Both the position numbers and the translations under genes were made by a program. The notes below the pieces were generated by a model. The model saw nothing but the letters and a program-made list of their open reading frames with translations, was not told the origin of the DNA and did not search any database. Positions 20,177 to 30,783 of a stretch of 64,000 nucleotides of DNA are shown here, piece by piece. Within the stretch, counting starts at the first letter, position 1, and each line of letters begins with the position of its first letter. The DNA is from Thermodesulfobacteriota bacterium (GTDB taxonomy: Bacteria; Desulfobacterota_D; UBA1144; Nemesobacterales; UBA2774): contig OZ244991.1 in assembly GCA_965223335.1 (NCBI GenBank), positions 1,568,001 through 1,632,000 of the forward strand. Reading direction: 5' to 3'.

Positions 20177-20872
20177 TTATTCTATCTGTTCTAAATATCT
20201 AACCCCGCCAAGATTAACCATTTGATCCAACACCCACTGTTTTCTCTCTAACAGATAAGACGAGGGTTTTGGGACCGAATACCCCCTTGGGTTTGGGAAG
20301 CTCGAGGCCAGTAGCGCTGCCTCGTCCCTCGTTAGTCTCTTTGAGGGTTTGCCAAAGTACTTTTGAGATGCCTCTTGTACTCCATAGATGCCGTCTCCGG
20401 TCTCTATAATATTTAGGTAGACCTCGAGTATGCGTTTTTTGCTCCATAGCATCTCAATTAGAACGGTGAAATAGGATTCCACCCCTTTTCTTAGCCATGA
20501 CCTGTTAGGGGGCAGGAACAAGTTTTTGGCTACCTGCTGCGATATTGTGCTGGCTCCGCGCAGCCGTTTGCCCTCCATCTTATCCCTTATCGCGTCTTCT
20601 ATTGATTCTACGTCGAACCCTCTGTGCACAGGGAATTTCTGGTCCTCGGCGGCTATTGCCGCGATCTTGATATGTCCCGAGATCTCTCCGTAGTCTTTCC
20701 AGGTCTGATTAATTTTATGCGAGCCGTCGTGCTCGAAGTACCTTATGACCATAAGCGGGGTTATGGGAGGGTTAAGGTATTTATACAATAAAATCAAACC
20801 TACGCTCGCAATGATGAAAAATGCTATAAATAATGTAAAATACTTAGTGATTTTCCAGATAAATTTTTTCAT
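20177..20872 (-). CDS. mtgA: Monofunctional peptidoglycan glycosyltransferase
   Basis: AAEDQKF, RGASTISQQVAKNLFL, RK..E, KRILEVYLN. Confidence 0.94.
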   Translation of the reverse strand: MKKFIWKITKYFTLFIAFFIIASVGLILLYKYLNPPITPLMVIRYFEHDGSHKINQTWKDYGEISGHIKIAAIAAEDQKFPVHRGFDVESIEDAIRDKMEGKRLRGASTISQQVAKNLFLPPNRSWLRKGVESYFTVLIEMLWSKKRILEVYLNIIETGDGIYGVQEASQKYFGKPSKRLTRDEAALLASSFPNPRGYSVPKPSSYLLERKQWVLDQMVNLGGVRYLEQIE

Positions 20873-21029
20873 AATCCAAAATTTGTATGTTTAATACATT
20901 AGCATAAACGGCATTAACTTCACCACATGTTTCACTTGCTTGCAACAATCGGATTGATTGAGTCTAAGTAGGAGCTTGCATTAAGATTATTAGGCAATAA
21001 TTATAGCAACTTAGAAGGAGTTTTCACAT

Positions 21030-23462
21030 ATGACAACAACCCCTCAGATACTGCCCGTAAATATTGAAGATGAGATGAAGGAGTCGTATCTCAGCTACTC
21101 GATGAGTGTCATAATCGGGCGCGCGCTGCCGGATGTCCGAGATGGCCTAAAACCGGTGCATAGACGTATCCTCTACGGGATGCACGATGCCGGCAATAGC
21201 TGGGGCCGTCCATACAAAAAATCCGCAAGGATCGTCGGTGACGTTATGGGTAAGTACCACCCCCATGGTGACGCCGCTATATACGATACGTTGGTGAGGA
21301 TGGCACAGGATTTTTCCATGCGCTACACGCTTGTGGACGGTCAGGGGAATTTCGGCTCTATCGACGGCGACCCCCCTGCCGCAATGAGGTATACGGAGGT
21401 AAGACTCGATAGGATTGCAGGTGAGCTGCTCGAGGACCTAGACAAAGAGACTGTGGATTTTGTGCCCAACTACGACGGGGGCGAACTAGAGCCTGTGGTC
21501 CTGCCCGCCAAAATTCCCAACCTGCTTTTAAACGGCTCTTCTGGTATTGCCGTGGGTATGTCCACAAATATTCCACCGCATAACCTGGGCGAGCTTGTAG
21601 ATGCTGTAGTAGCACAGATCAAAAAACCCGATATAACCCTTGATGAGTTGATGCAGCATATCCCGGGGCCCGATTTTCCCACAGGCGGCTTTATATGCGG
21701 CAAAAACCCGATACGCGAGGCCTACGAGACGGGACGCGGGATTATACGCATACGAGCAAAGACACGTATAGAAAAACAGAAAAAGGGTGACCGCGAGGTA
21801 ATTATCATAAGCGAGATCCCTTACCAGGTTAATAAGACCAAATTGATCGAGAGGATAGCAGACCTTGTTAAGACCGAAAAGATTAAGGGTATAAGCGATA
21901 TCAGAGACGAATCTGACCGCGAGGGTATAAGAGTTGTCGTCGAGGTTAAGCGAGGGGATGTGGCGGAGGTAGTGCTAAACCAGCTCTATAAACACACCCC
22001 TATGGATACCTCGTTCGGTATCATCATGCTCGCACTCGTGCGCAACCAGCCACGTGTGCTCTCGCTCAAAGAGTCTATACATCATTTTATAGAACACCGA
22101 AAAGAGGTTGTAACGAGGCGCACTCAATACGAACTCGGTAAGGCCGAGGCCAGGCTACATATACTAGAGGGCCTAAAGATAGCGCTCGATAACCTGGACG
22201 AGGTTATTTCGTTAATTAGGAGCTCGGAAAGCCCTGCAGCCGCGAAAGAGGGCTTAACTCTTAAGCTCGGGCTCACAAACATACAGGCCCAGGCCATACT
22301 CGATATGCGTCTACAGCGTCTAACCGCTCTTGAGCGCGACAAGATACTCGCAGAACGCAAAGAACTCATCGCAACAGTAAAGCGTCTAAAAGAGATCCTC
22401 GATAAAGAGGAACTCATACTCAAGATTGTGAGCGACGAGCTGGGCGAGATTAAAGACCGCTACGACGACACACGCAGAACTGAGATACTCGACAGTCTTG
22501 AGGAGATCTCGCTCGAGGATCTCATAGCCGATGAGGATATGGTGGTCACAACCACCCACGAGGGTTATATCAAGACCACAGCACTCAGCGTGTACCGGAG
22601 CCAGAGACGGGGAGGCAAGGGGCGCACGGGCATGACCACCAAAGACACAGACTTTGTCGAGACCCTTTTTGTAGCCTCCAAACATAACTATGTGCTGTTC
22701 TTCACAAATTTGGGCCGCTGCTATTGGCTTAAGGTCCATGAGATACCCGAGGCCGGCCCCACAGCCAAGGGCAAAGCACTTGTGAACCTGCTTAGCCTCG
22801 GGCAGGACGAAAAGGTGGCGGCGGTGCTCCCTGTGCGAGAGTTCAGAGAGGACCAGTCCATCATCATGGCCACAACCGGCGGTGTAGTGAAGAAAACGCG
22901 TCTTATGGCTTACTCCAAGCCTAGAGTCGGGGGCATCATAGCACTTGGGATTAAGGATGGTGATGAGCTCATGTCGGCCCGCTTAACCAGCGGCAATGAC
23001 GAGATCCTGCTTACCTCATATTTCGGCCAAGCCATCAGGTTTAAGGAACAGGATGTAAGGGATATGGGCCGGACTGCTACCGGTGTGATCGGTATTAGGC
23101 TCGATAAGGGAGACAAGGTGGTTAGCCTCGAGGTCATTGAAAACCCCGAGGCCCAGATACTTACCGTTACCGAGATGGGCTATGGCAAGCGTACACTCGT
23201 ATCCGCCTACAGGCTGATCGGCAGGGGTGGTAAGGGAGTAATAACCATCAAGACCACAGGCAAAAACGGCAGGGTTGTGGGTGCATTCCAGGTAACAAAC
23301 GATACACAGATCATGATGATCACCACACACGGGGGCAAGGTGATTAGGATTAACGCATCGGATATAAGCATATTCGGCAGGGGTACCCAGGGGGTAAGGC
23401 TGATCGACCTCGACTCGGACGAGAGAGTTGCGGCTATCGCAAAGGTGGTGGAGCGGGAATAG
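21030..23462 (+). CDS. gyrA: DNA gyrase subunit A
   Basis: [29 protein letters not shown], GyrA-box QRRGGKG, beta-pinwheel repeats. Confidence 0.98.
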   Translation: MTTTPQILPVNIEDEMKESYLSYSMSVIIGRALPDVRDGLKPVHRRILYGMHDAGNSWGRPYKKSARIVGDVMGKYHPHGDAAIYDTLVRMAQDFSMRYTLVDGQGNFGSIDGDPPAAMRYTEVRLDRIAGELLEDLDKETVDFVPNYDGGELEPVVLPAKIPNLLLNGSSGIAVGMSTNIPPHNLGELVDAVVAQIKKPDITLDELMQHIPGPDFPTGGFICGKNPIREAYETGRGIIRIRAKTRIEKQKKGDREVIIISEIPYQVNKTKLIERIADLVKTEKIKGISDIRDESDREGIRVVVEVKRGDVAEVVLNQLYKHTPMDTSFGIIMLALVRNQPRVLSLKESIHHFIEHRKEVVTRRTQYELGKAEARLHILEGLKIALDNLDEVISLIRSSESPAAAKEGLTLKLGLTNIQAQAILDMRLQRLTALERDKILAERKELIATVKRLKEILDKEELILKIVSDELGEIKDRYDDTRRTEILDSLEEISLEDLIADEDMVVTTTHEGYIKTTALSVYRSQRRGGKGRTGMTTKDTDFVETLFVASKHNYVLFFTNLGRCYWLKVHEIPEAGPTAKGKALVNLLSLGQDEKVAAVLPVREFREDQSIIMATTGGVVKKTRLMAYSKPRVGGIIALGIKDGDELMSARLTSGNDEILLTSYFGQAIRFKEQDVRDMGRTATGVIGIRLDKGDKVVSLEVIENPEAQILTVTEMGYGKRTLVSAYRLIGRGGKGVITIKTTGKNGRVVGAFQVTNDTQIMMITTHGGKVIRINASDISIFGRGTQGVRLIDLDSDERVAAIAKVVERE

Positions 23463-23519
23463 AGTGTATTTGGTTTTCTAGCTAATCTGCCCGGAGAGTA
23501 TTTATTTTTACTTGAAAGC

Positions 23520-24011
23520 ATGAAACGTGAAATTGAGAATATATTTACAACCTTTCCCGATTACGGCTGTTTCGCGTGCGATCCCAACAACAGCCAAGGC
23601 CTCAGGCTCAGGTTCTTTGCCGACGACGAGAAGGGTGAGGTGTTTACACACTACGATCCCAAGGAGCATCTAGCCGGGTTCCCGGGCATCTTACACGGCG
23701 GGGTGCAGTGTGCACTCATAGACGAGGTAGCGTTTTGGACGCTATTCGACAAATACAAAAAAATAGCACTCACATCGAGTGTAGAGATGGAGTTTCTAAG
23801 GACCGTAAAAACGTCTTCTGTGCTCGAGGCTCGGGGCAGGGTAACCGAGATGTTGGGACGCAAAGTTACGGTTGACGCCGAGATTCTCGATAACAACAAG
23901 ACCTGTACCAAGGGCCGCGTGACATACCATATCCCCAAACGTGAGATCACGCTAAGAATACTCGGGAAACAGCGGTTCACCGATGAGTTCCTCCAGTACC
24001 TAGAGGACTGA
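23520..24011 (+). CDS. PaaI-family (hotdog) thioesterase
   Basis: CFAC.PNN..GL, GFPGILHGG...LIDE. Confidence 0.85.
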   Translation: MKREIENIFTTFPDYGCFACDPNNSQGLRLRFFADDEKGEVFTHYDPKEHLAGFPGILHGGVQCALIDEVAFWTLFDKYKKIALTSSVEMEFLRTVKTSSVLEARGRVTEMLGRKVTVDAEILDNNKTCTKGRVTYHIPKREITLRILGKQRFTDEFLQYLED

Positions 24012-24014
24012 GCC

Positions 24015-24620
24015 TTGATTAAACTCTACGACTTTAAACTCTCGGGTAACTGCTACAAGGTAAGGCTTGCGCTTAACCAGCTCGGTGTAGAGTTCACAAG
24101 GGAGTTTGTAGATATATTTGCTGGTGAGCACAAACTCGATTGGTTCATAGCCGAGAACCCCAATGCAAAGCTGCCCGTATTGGTGGACAACGGGTTTACT
24201 ATCTGGGAGTCAAACGCGATTCTGCTCTATCTGGGCAATAAATTTGCACCCAATCGCCTGTACCCTGACGATACCGAAACATATGGTAGAGTATGTCAGT
24301 GGCTTTTTTTCGGCAAGACCACTCTCGACCCCAACCTTGCAATGGCAAGGTACCTGACCCGTTTTGTGCCAGAGGATAAGGCGGATCACAAACAGCTATC
24401 GACATATAAAGAGAACAGCGCCCGAGCATTAGAGATTTTGGATAATTACCTAAGAGAGAACAAGTTTTTAGCAGGCAGTTATTCGATTGCCGATATCGGG
24501 TGCTATCCCTATGTACACACTGCAGGAGAGGGCAATATCAGTTTAACCCCTTATCCTTCGGTGTTAGAGTGGTGCCAGCGCATAGAGTCGGAGCCCGGGT
24601 ATATTTCGATGGATTGGTAA
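24015..24620 (+). CDS. Glutathione S-transferase family protein
   Basis: SGNCYKVR, NPNAKLPVL, ESNAIL, YSIADI. Confidence 0.92.
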   Translation: MIKLYDFKLSGNCYKVRLALNQLGVEFTREFVDIFAGEHKLDWFIAENPNAKLPVLVDNGFTIWESNAILLYLGNKFAPNRLYPDDTETYGRVCQWLFFGKTTLDPNLAMARYLTRFVPEDKADHKQLSTYKENSARALEILDNYLRENKFLAGSYSIADIGCYPYVHTAGEGNISLTPYPSVLEWCQRIESEPGYISMDW

Positions 24621-24637
24621 TAATGGGGGATGAAATG

Positions 24638-24711
24638 AGCGGGAAACGGGATTCGAACCCGCGACCTTCTCCTTGGCAAGGAGACGCTCTAGCCAGCTGA
24701 GCTATTCCCGC
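24638..24711 (-). tRNA. tRNA-Gly(GCC); CCA not genomically encoded
   Basis: Reverse complement GCGGGAATAGCTCAGCTGGCTAGAGCGTCTCCTTGCCAAGGAGAAGGTCGCGGGTTCGAATCCCGTTTCCCGCT forms a cloverleaf with anticodon GCC. Confidence 0.97.
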
Positions 24712-24772
24712 TTCGAGACTAGAAAAAGATACTAAGACCAACTATTATTGTCAAGGTAATCGGGGCCGTGCG

Positions 24773-25939
24773 GTGGGTGTCATGTCGGGTAGAAACGAAA
24801 TGGATCAAAAAGAGAGACAGGCGGTTATATCGGGTGTTAAGAGGGTTGTAATCAAGATAGGGAGCAGTGTGCTTACCGATGGCAAGGGGGCAGTATCCGC
24901 GGGTGTTTTTGAGAACCTGGCAAGCCAAATTTCAGCGCTTAAATCAAAAAATCTAGAGATCGTCATTGTATCGTCGGGTGCAGTGGCCTGTGGTATGGAG
25001 AAGCTGGGTATAAAGTCTATTCCGGAGGACATATCTTTAAAACAGGCGATCGCAGCCTCTGGGCAGAGTGCACTTATGTGGAACTACGAGCAGGCCTGTT
25101 CTGTGTATGGGCTTAACGTAGCGCAAATACTGCTTACCCACGACGGGCTCTCTGAGCGCAACCGCTTTTTACACGCGCGTAAAACTGTTTTGACCCTTTT
25201 GGGAATGGATATACTGCCCATTGTAAATGAGAACGATACCGTTGCCTATCAAGAGATAATGTTTGGTGATAACGACAACTTGGGCGCACTTGTGGTTAAC
25301 CTCATCGAGGCCGACCTGTTTTTGATACTTACCGATATCGCTGGGCTTTACGATAAGGACCCCAAACTAAACTCCGATGCCAAACTGATCACTACCATTG
25401 AAGAGATCGACAGTGAGATCGAAAACAAGGCCAGCGGTACACAGGGCAGGACCACTATAGGCGGGATGAAGACCAAGATAGAGGCTGCAAAGACGGCTGC
25501 TGCATTTGGTGTGCCTACGATTATAGCCGACGGGTGTAACGGTACGACACTCACTGATATTTTTGGCGATAACCCTGTAGGTACCTTGATACTTCCCTCA
25601 AAGCGAAGTCTCAGGGGGCGCAAGCACTGGATAGCGTTTACGCTAAAGTCCTGCGGCGAGATAGTCTTGGACGAAGGTGCGGTGAGGGCTGTGAGGGATT
25701 CGGGCAAGAGTCTTTTGCCCTCGGGTATTAGGGGTGTAAGGGGTGAGTTTGGTGTTGGGGACTCAGTCACGTGTGTGTCTGAGGACGGAGAGGAGGTAGC
25801 GCGTGGTCTCTCGTCTTACGGATCGGACGAGATACGTAAGATAATGGGTAAAAAAACAACGGAGATTGCCGGGGTGCTGGGTTATAAGTACAGTGACGAG
25901 GTTATCCACCGCGACGACCTGGCTGTAATCTCGGGTTAA
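24773..25939 (+). CDS. proB: Glutamate 5-kinase (start possibly ATG 24800)
   Basis: VIKIGSS, VSSGAV, NENDTV, FGDND, GGMKTK, C-terminal PUA domain. Confidence 0.96.
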   Translation: MGVMSGRNEMDQKERQAVISGVKRVVIKIGSSVLTDGKGAVSAGVFENLASQISALKSKNLEIVIVSSGAVACGMEKLGIKSIPEDISLKQAIAASGQSALMWNYEQACSVYGLNVAQILLTHDGLSERNRFLHARKTVLTLLGMDILPIVNENDTVAYQEIMFGDNDNLGALVVNLIEADLFLILTDIAGLYDKDPKLNSDAKLITTIEEIDSEIENKASGTQGRTTIGGMKTKIEAAKTAAAFGVPTIIADGCNGTTLTDIFGDNPVGTLILPSKRSLRGRKHWIAFTLKSCGEIVLDEGAVRAVRDSGKSLLPSGIRGVRGEFGVGDSVTCVSEDGEEVARGLSSYGSDEIRKIMGKKTTEIAGVLGYKYSDEVIHRDDLAVISG

Positions 25940-25970
25940 TCTACGGCTGATTATATTCTCAACTAGCTAG

Positions 25971-26984
25971 ATGGCTTCTCGAAAATTCATTTTAATCTCT
26001 ATATTGGTTTTGTTTCTGGGTGCAATCTTATTGCTTGTGAGCGGGGTCTATTACATACGCAGCTCCTCGAGCATTGATACAGAGACTGTGGTCAATATAT
26101 CTAAGGGTGCGGGGTTGCGCGATATCGCAAATACGCTTCAATACAAAGGTGTAATCAAAAGCGAGAAATTGTTTGTGCTCTATGTCCTTTGGTCTGGGGA
26201 CCAAGACAAGTTAAAGGCCGGGGAGTACGAGTTTAACCCCGGCGATACTATGCGCGATGTCTTGCAGAAGCTTGTGGACGGCCAGATAGTGCTTCGCAAA
26301 GTGACAATACCCGAGGGCCTAAACCTACGGGAAATCGCGGTGCTCTTGGATGAAAAAAACGTTTTTGACTCGGTCGAGTTCATGAGCGCTCTTGGGGACG
26401 GGGATCTTAGGGCAGAGCTCCTTGGCCCAGGCGCCGAGAGCTTCGAGGGGTACCTCTTTCCCGAAACCTACAGCTATACGTTCGATATAACCCCAGCGGA
26501 ATTTGTAAGGATGATGGTCGATAGGTTCAATGCCGTCTACGGCTCGTTGGATATCGATAGCTCCAAGATAGACCTGACAAGGGACGAGATCCTGACCCTT
26601 GCGTCGATAGTGGAGGAGGAGACAGGTGACGCATCGGAACGCCCGCTTGTAGCCGCGGTGTTTTTGAACCGGCTTCGCAAGGGGATGCGTCTTGAGAGCG
26701 ATCCCACTGTTATATACGGGCTTGGGAGTGCCTACAACGGCAACCTGACTAAAACGCATCTACGAACCCCTACTGACTACAATACCTATGTTCACGGCGG
26801 TCTGCCCCCTGGGCCTATCTCTAACCCCGGCAAACACTCTATCGAGGCCGTACTAAACCCCGCACAGGTGAAATATATATATTTTGTTGCCAAAGGGGAC
26901 GGCACCCACGTTTTTTCCACCAATTACAGGGATCACTCCCGGGCTGTGCGCAAGTACCAGCGGCGCCGTGGCGGTGGGGATTAG
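25971..26984 (+). CDS. mltG: Endolytic transglycosylase MltG
   Basis: LKAGEY, TIPEG, EGYLFPETY, LASIVEEE, SDPT, YNTY..GLPPGPISNPG. Confidence 0.95.
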   Translation: MASRKFILISILVLFLGAILLLVSGVYYIRSSSSIDTETVVNISKGAGLRDIANTLQYKGVIKSEKLFVLYVLWSGDQDKLKAGEYEFNPGDTMRDVLQKLVDGQIVLRKVTIPEGLNLREIAVLLDEKNVFDSVEFMSALGDGDLRAELLGPGAESFEGYLFPETYSYTFDITPAEFVRMMVDRFNAVYGSLDIDSSKIDLTRDEILTLASIVEEETGDASERPLVAAVFLNRLRKGMRLESDPTVIYGLGSAYNGNLTKTHLRTPTDYNTYVHGGLPPGPISNPGKHSIEAVLNPAQVKYIYFVAKGDGTHVFSTNYRDHSRAVRKYQRRRGGGD

Positions 26985-29098
26985 GTAAACACCTTACTGA
27001 ACGGATCGACCTGTGATTTTTCCTTCTGAGTGGGTGGTATGAGTCTCTTGTCTCGCCTGTCGATTCTAATCGTGCCGTTTTTTCTTCTGGTGGCTATAAA
27101 CTGCGTGCCGCTTGACTCGCCCGAGATTTTTTGGAGGATTCTTGGGTAGTTTTTAGATCCTATAAATATAGAGTGCACACAAACACCCAGTTTCTTAGCC
27201 CTTGCCCGCTGCTCAGTAACCTCGCAGTCCCCCGATGTAGGTATGCCGTCGGTAATAAACAGTATGTGCTTGTTCCTAAGCCCTCTTCCCCTAAACTCGC
27301 CAAGCGCGTCTTTTAGAGCGTCTTCGTAGTTCGTGTTTCCCGAGCACTCGGTCTTAGACGCTAGCTCGAGCAACCATGGGTAATCGCGCGTGAAGAACTT
27401 TGAGTTTCTCTTGTACTTATAAGAGCGGTGGTTGAACTCCACATAGCCCACTCTCATGCGCTTTGACCTTGCAAGCTCTATCACACCCCTTACAACCGAC
27501 GAGGACCATTCGCTGTACACACCCATCATAGAGGTGCTTACGTCTCTCAGTATGGCGATCTCCCCGCCCAACATCTCTTTTTCCCTCTTATGAACACGGG
27601 GGAGTGTCGGCGTGGTGTGCTCCGACCAAAACATTGCCTCGAACGGGTCTACATCCTCTACCTCATCAAAGTAGTTCATCCGCTTCCATTTTCTCGGGAG
27701 CCCACCCGGGTGGGGGGCCTTAAGAGCGATGTTGCGCTGGAAATTGCCCTCAAGGGCCTTCATTATAATCTTTACGTTGTCCGCCGAGTCTGTGTTCTGT
27801 TTACCACTTATCCAGTACTCATCCTCGTCACCGGCTTCGGGTGATTTGCTGGCGTATACCTGTTCGGATTGTGGAGGTTCTCTGTCCTTGTCACGGTCCC
27901 CGTCATCAGCGGACTGCCCGGTGGGATCGTTGGGAGCTTTCTGGTTCTCGGGCGGAGCCATGCTGTTTTCGTTTTGAATATTCTCTTTTAGCTCTTTTAG
28001 TGCCTGGAAAAAGGTTTTACGGGCCTCTGAGAGCTGGTCGTTCGGCTCTTTTGTGCCCTGCTCGTCGGGGATCTCGTTCTTTTGTTCCGCAGACGGATCC
28101 TGTTCAAACTCAGAACCCCGCTCCTGCTCCTGTTCTAGCTCGCTGCTTCTGTCTTGTTCAGTTTTTTTTTTAGGGCTCAGATCCTCGAGTATCTCGTCTA
28201 TCTTTTGATAAACCTCTTCAGGGATCCTAAACGCCGTCATGTATTTAAGCGCTTTTAGGTCCTCCATAGTGCAGTTCTCTCTATCGTGCAGTATGGCGTG
28301 CGCTCTTATAATCTTTAGCGATTTCACAAAAAACGTTCTATCCGATATTAGTGAGTTAGTCTCATTACAACCGTAATCCTCTACGAGTCTGGCAACGAAG
28401 TTTGCAAGTCCTTCTTGTACCTCTACGGGAATACTAATTGTATTGAGCTTTTGGTAGTACTCGTCAAAAACCTCTTTGCTTACCTTTACCGGTACATCAT
28501 AGTCAAGGGGTCGGTCGGTATAGAGCTTGATAACCTCTTTGGCGTCGTCCCACCGCCTGCCGTACGAGAGTCCCCTTGAGTTTATCTGTAGCACAAACCT
28601 GTCCAGGTTAGCCGGGTCTAAGGGCTCGTTGTAGTATTCGTCCGCCGTGGGGTTGCTTGTGGCAATCGCGGTTAACAGAGGAATAGATTCGTCAAAGAAC
28701 TTTCTCTCATTTAGTATACGCAAAAGCACGTTAAGCGATTCCCCGGGTGCACGCGAGATGTCGTCCAGCAGACAGATCTCGGATGTAAGAATCCCGCCCT
28801 TTACCACCATCTGCTTTATAAGCTCGCCGGTGTCGGTGGTCTCTTTAGAGATAACAAGATCACCTATCAATTCAGAAAGCCTTGTGTCGCGATGGAGCTG
28901 GTAAAAGAAAAAGTGCAGTTGTGCAGCGCGTGAAATAATCTCGGCCAACATGGTTTTAGCAGTCCCTGGAGGGCCTTCGATATAAATGTGTTCACGTGCG
29001 ATTACGCCAAGGAGCAAAGAGATCTTTACTTCTTCGTGCCCAACCACTAAGTTATCCATCTCCGATTTCAGAGCTAAAAAAGGATTAACAGACGTCAT
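26981..29098 (-). CDS. RavA/MoxR-like AAA+ ATPase fused through an acidic linker to a vWA (MIDAS) domain
   Basis: Walker A GPPGTAKT, Walker B LLDD, ATSN, LDRF, SDR lid motif; low-complexity Q/E/D linker about aa 310-440; vWA DVSTSM, GNTNY, ITDG. Confidence 0.85.
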   Translation of the reverse strand: MTSVNPFLALKSEMDNLVVGHEEVKISLLLGVIAREHIYIEGPPGTAKTMLAEIISRAAQLHFFFYQLHRDTRLSELIGDLVISKETTDTGELIKQMVVKGGILTSEICLLDDISRAPGESLNVLLRILNERKFFDESIPLLTAIATSNPTADEYYNEPLDPANLDRFVLQINSRGLSYGRRWDDAKEVIKLYTDRPLDYDVPVKVSKEVFDEYYQKLNTISIPVEVQEGLANFVARLVEDYGCNETNSLISDRTFFVKSLKIIRAHAILHDRENCTMEDLKALKYMTAFRIPEEVYQKIDEILEDLSPKKKTEQDRSSELEQEQERGSEFEQDPSAEQKNEIPDEQGTKEPNDQLSEARKTFFQALKELKENIQNENSMAPPENQKAPNDPTGQSADDGDRDKDREPPQSEQVYASKSPEAGDEDEYWISGKQNTDSADNVKIIMKALEGNFQRNIALKAPHPGGLPRKWKRMNYFDEVEDVDPFEAMFWSEHTTPTLPRVHKREKEMLGGEIAILRDVSTSMMGVYSEWSSSVVRGVIELARSKRMRVGYVEFNHRSYKYKRNSKFFTRDYPWLLELASKTECSGNTNYEDALKDALGEFRGRGLRNKHILFITDGIPTSGDCEVTEQRARAKKLGVCVHSIFIGSKNYPRILQKISGESSGTQFIATRRKNGTIRIDRRDKRLIPPTQKEKSQVDPFSKVFT

Positions 29099-29317
29099 TA
29101 TATGGGTATGCCTCCAATAATATTACGATCATTAAAGTGTACATAAGGTGTTCTTTTTTGCAATAAGCCCGATCGGTTGAGAGTGCGGCTGTACTGGGAG
29201 CTATTTGTAAAGTCGCTATCGGATAATTGCCTCTCATCCCTACCCGCTAGCTGCTTTATTTACTTAAGTGTGTTTAGTATGATAAGTTAAAGCTCCAAAC
29301 ACACACTCGGGCAAACC

Positions 29318-30673
29318 ATGCAGTCGGAACTAAACAACTTACTCTCAGGGCTAAGCGGATATATTTGGGGTCTTCCTCTCATAGTCCTCTTACTGGGTAC
29401 CGGTATATACCTAACTTTTATACTGCGGGGTATTCAGTTCAGGACGTTGATCCCCTCGCTCTATCTGGCATTCGTGGTCAGAAAAGAGCAGAGTGATGTT
29501 GAGGGCGATATCTCGCATTTTCAGGCCCTTATGACGGCACTGTCGGCCACAGTGGGTGTGGGGAACATAGCCGGTGTGGCTACGGCTATAGCTGCCGGGG
29601 GACCGGGGGCGCTTTTCTGGATGTGGATAACGGGGCTTCTGGGTATGGCAACTAAGTATTCCGAGGCCATACTCGCCGTCAAATACCGCGAGGTAGACTC
29701 CCGGGGTACTATGAGCGGGGGTCCTATGTACTACATTTCCAAGGGCCTGGGGTTAAAATGGCTCGGCGCATTATTTGCGCTGTTTGCGGCCATTGCGGCT
29801 TTTGGTATCGGCAACATGGTACAGTCCAACTCTGTGGCCGATGCTTTGGGCGAGGCATTCGCGGTGCCCAATTGGATCACCGGTGCGGTATTGTGTGTGG
29901 GTACGGGGCTTGTGCTGGTGGGTGGCATCAAGAGCATCGCGCGTGTAACCAGTGCGATTGTGCCCATGATGATTGTGCTCTATATATTCGGTGCGGTTTT
30001 GGTACTGATAACTTATGCCTCTAACATACCCAATACCTTTTATCTGATTTTTAAACACGCATTTACACCTACGGCTGCTGCGGGCGGGTTTTTGGGTGCT
30101 ACGATTGCCAATACAGTGAGGATGGGTGTGGCCAGGGGGATATTCTCAAACGAATCGGGCTTGGGCAGCTCGCCGATTGCTGCGGCTGCGGCCAAGACCC
30201 AAAACCCCGTGCGCCAGGCGCTGGTGTCCATGACACAGACGTTCATCGACACTATAGTCGTGTGTACGTTCACGGGTGTGGCCATTATCTCAAGCGGAGT
30301 GTGGACAAGCGGCGACACGGGTGCGGGGTTGACCACTAAGGCGTTTGACCAGGGGATACAGGGGACACTGGGCGGCAATATAGTGGCGATCAGTCTTGCG
30401 TTCTTTGCGTACACGACTCTGCTCGGCTGGAGTTATTACGGCGAGAAATCTATCCAGTACCTGCTAAAAGACCGCGCTGTGATGCCCTATAGGGTTATTT
30501 TTACGCTCGTAGTTTTTGTGGGAGCGGTGGTAAAATTGGACCTGGTCTGGAATTTCGCCGATGTGATGAACGGGCTTATGGCATTTCCCAACCTAATCGG
30601 ACTGTTGGGGCTCTCACCGGTTGTGGTCGAGGAGACCAGGAAATATTTAAAAACGGAGCTCGATCAATTGTAG
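29318..30673 (+). CDS. Alanine/glycine:cation symporter (AGCS family)
   Basis: [40 protein letters not shown]. Confidence 0.95.
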   Translation: MQSELNNLLSGLSGYIWGLPLIVLLLGTGIYLTFILRGIQFRTLIPSLYLAFVVRKEQSDVEGDISHFQALMTALSATVGVGNIAGVATAIAAGGPGALFWMWITGLLGMATKYSEAILAVKYREVDSRGTMSGGPMYYISKGLGLKWLGALFALFAAIAAFGIGNMVQSNSVADALGEAFAVPNWITGAVLCVGTGLVLVGGIKSIARVTSAIVPMMIVLYIFGAVLVLITYASNIPNTFYLIFKHAFTPTAAAGGFLGATIANTVRMGVARGIFSNESGLGSSPIAAAAAKTQNPVRQALVSMTQTFIDTIVVCTFTGVAIISSGVWTSGDTGAGLTTKAFDQGIQGTLGGNIVAISLAFFAYTTLLGWSYYGEKSIQYLLKDRAVMPYRVIFTLVVFVGAVVKLDLVWNFADVMNGLMAFPNLIGLLGLSPVVVEETRKYLKTELDQL

Positions 30674-30783
30674 GATTATTACGTTTAATTAACACCGAGC
30701 CTTTTTGATGTTGTACACACTCGAAATCTATAATAAAATAATTGTTTGAGATTGTATAAATACAACTCGATGAGGGAGGCAGA

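Noticed and set aside
24600..24780. tRNA-Gly (and tRNA-Pro at 54782) as island integration sites
   Set aside because: No integrase and no duplicated tRNA 3' end seen; flanking genes are housekeeping
29099..29317. Glycine riboswitch upstream of the AGCS symporter
   Set aside because: No GGAGA...CCGAAG...CTCTCAGG aptamer elements in the right order
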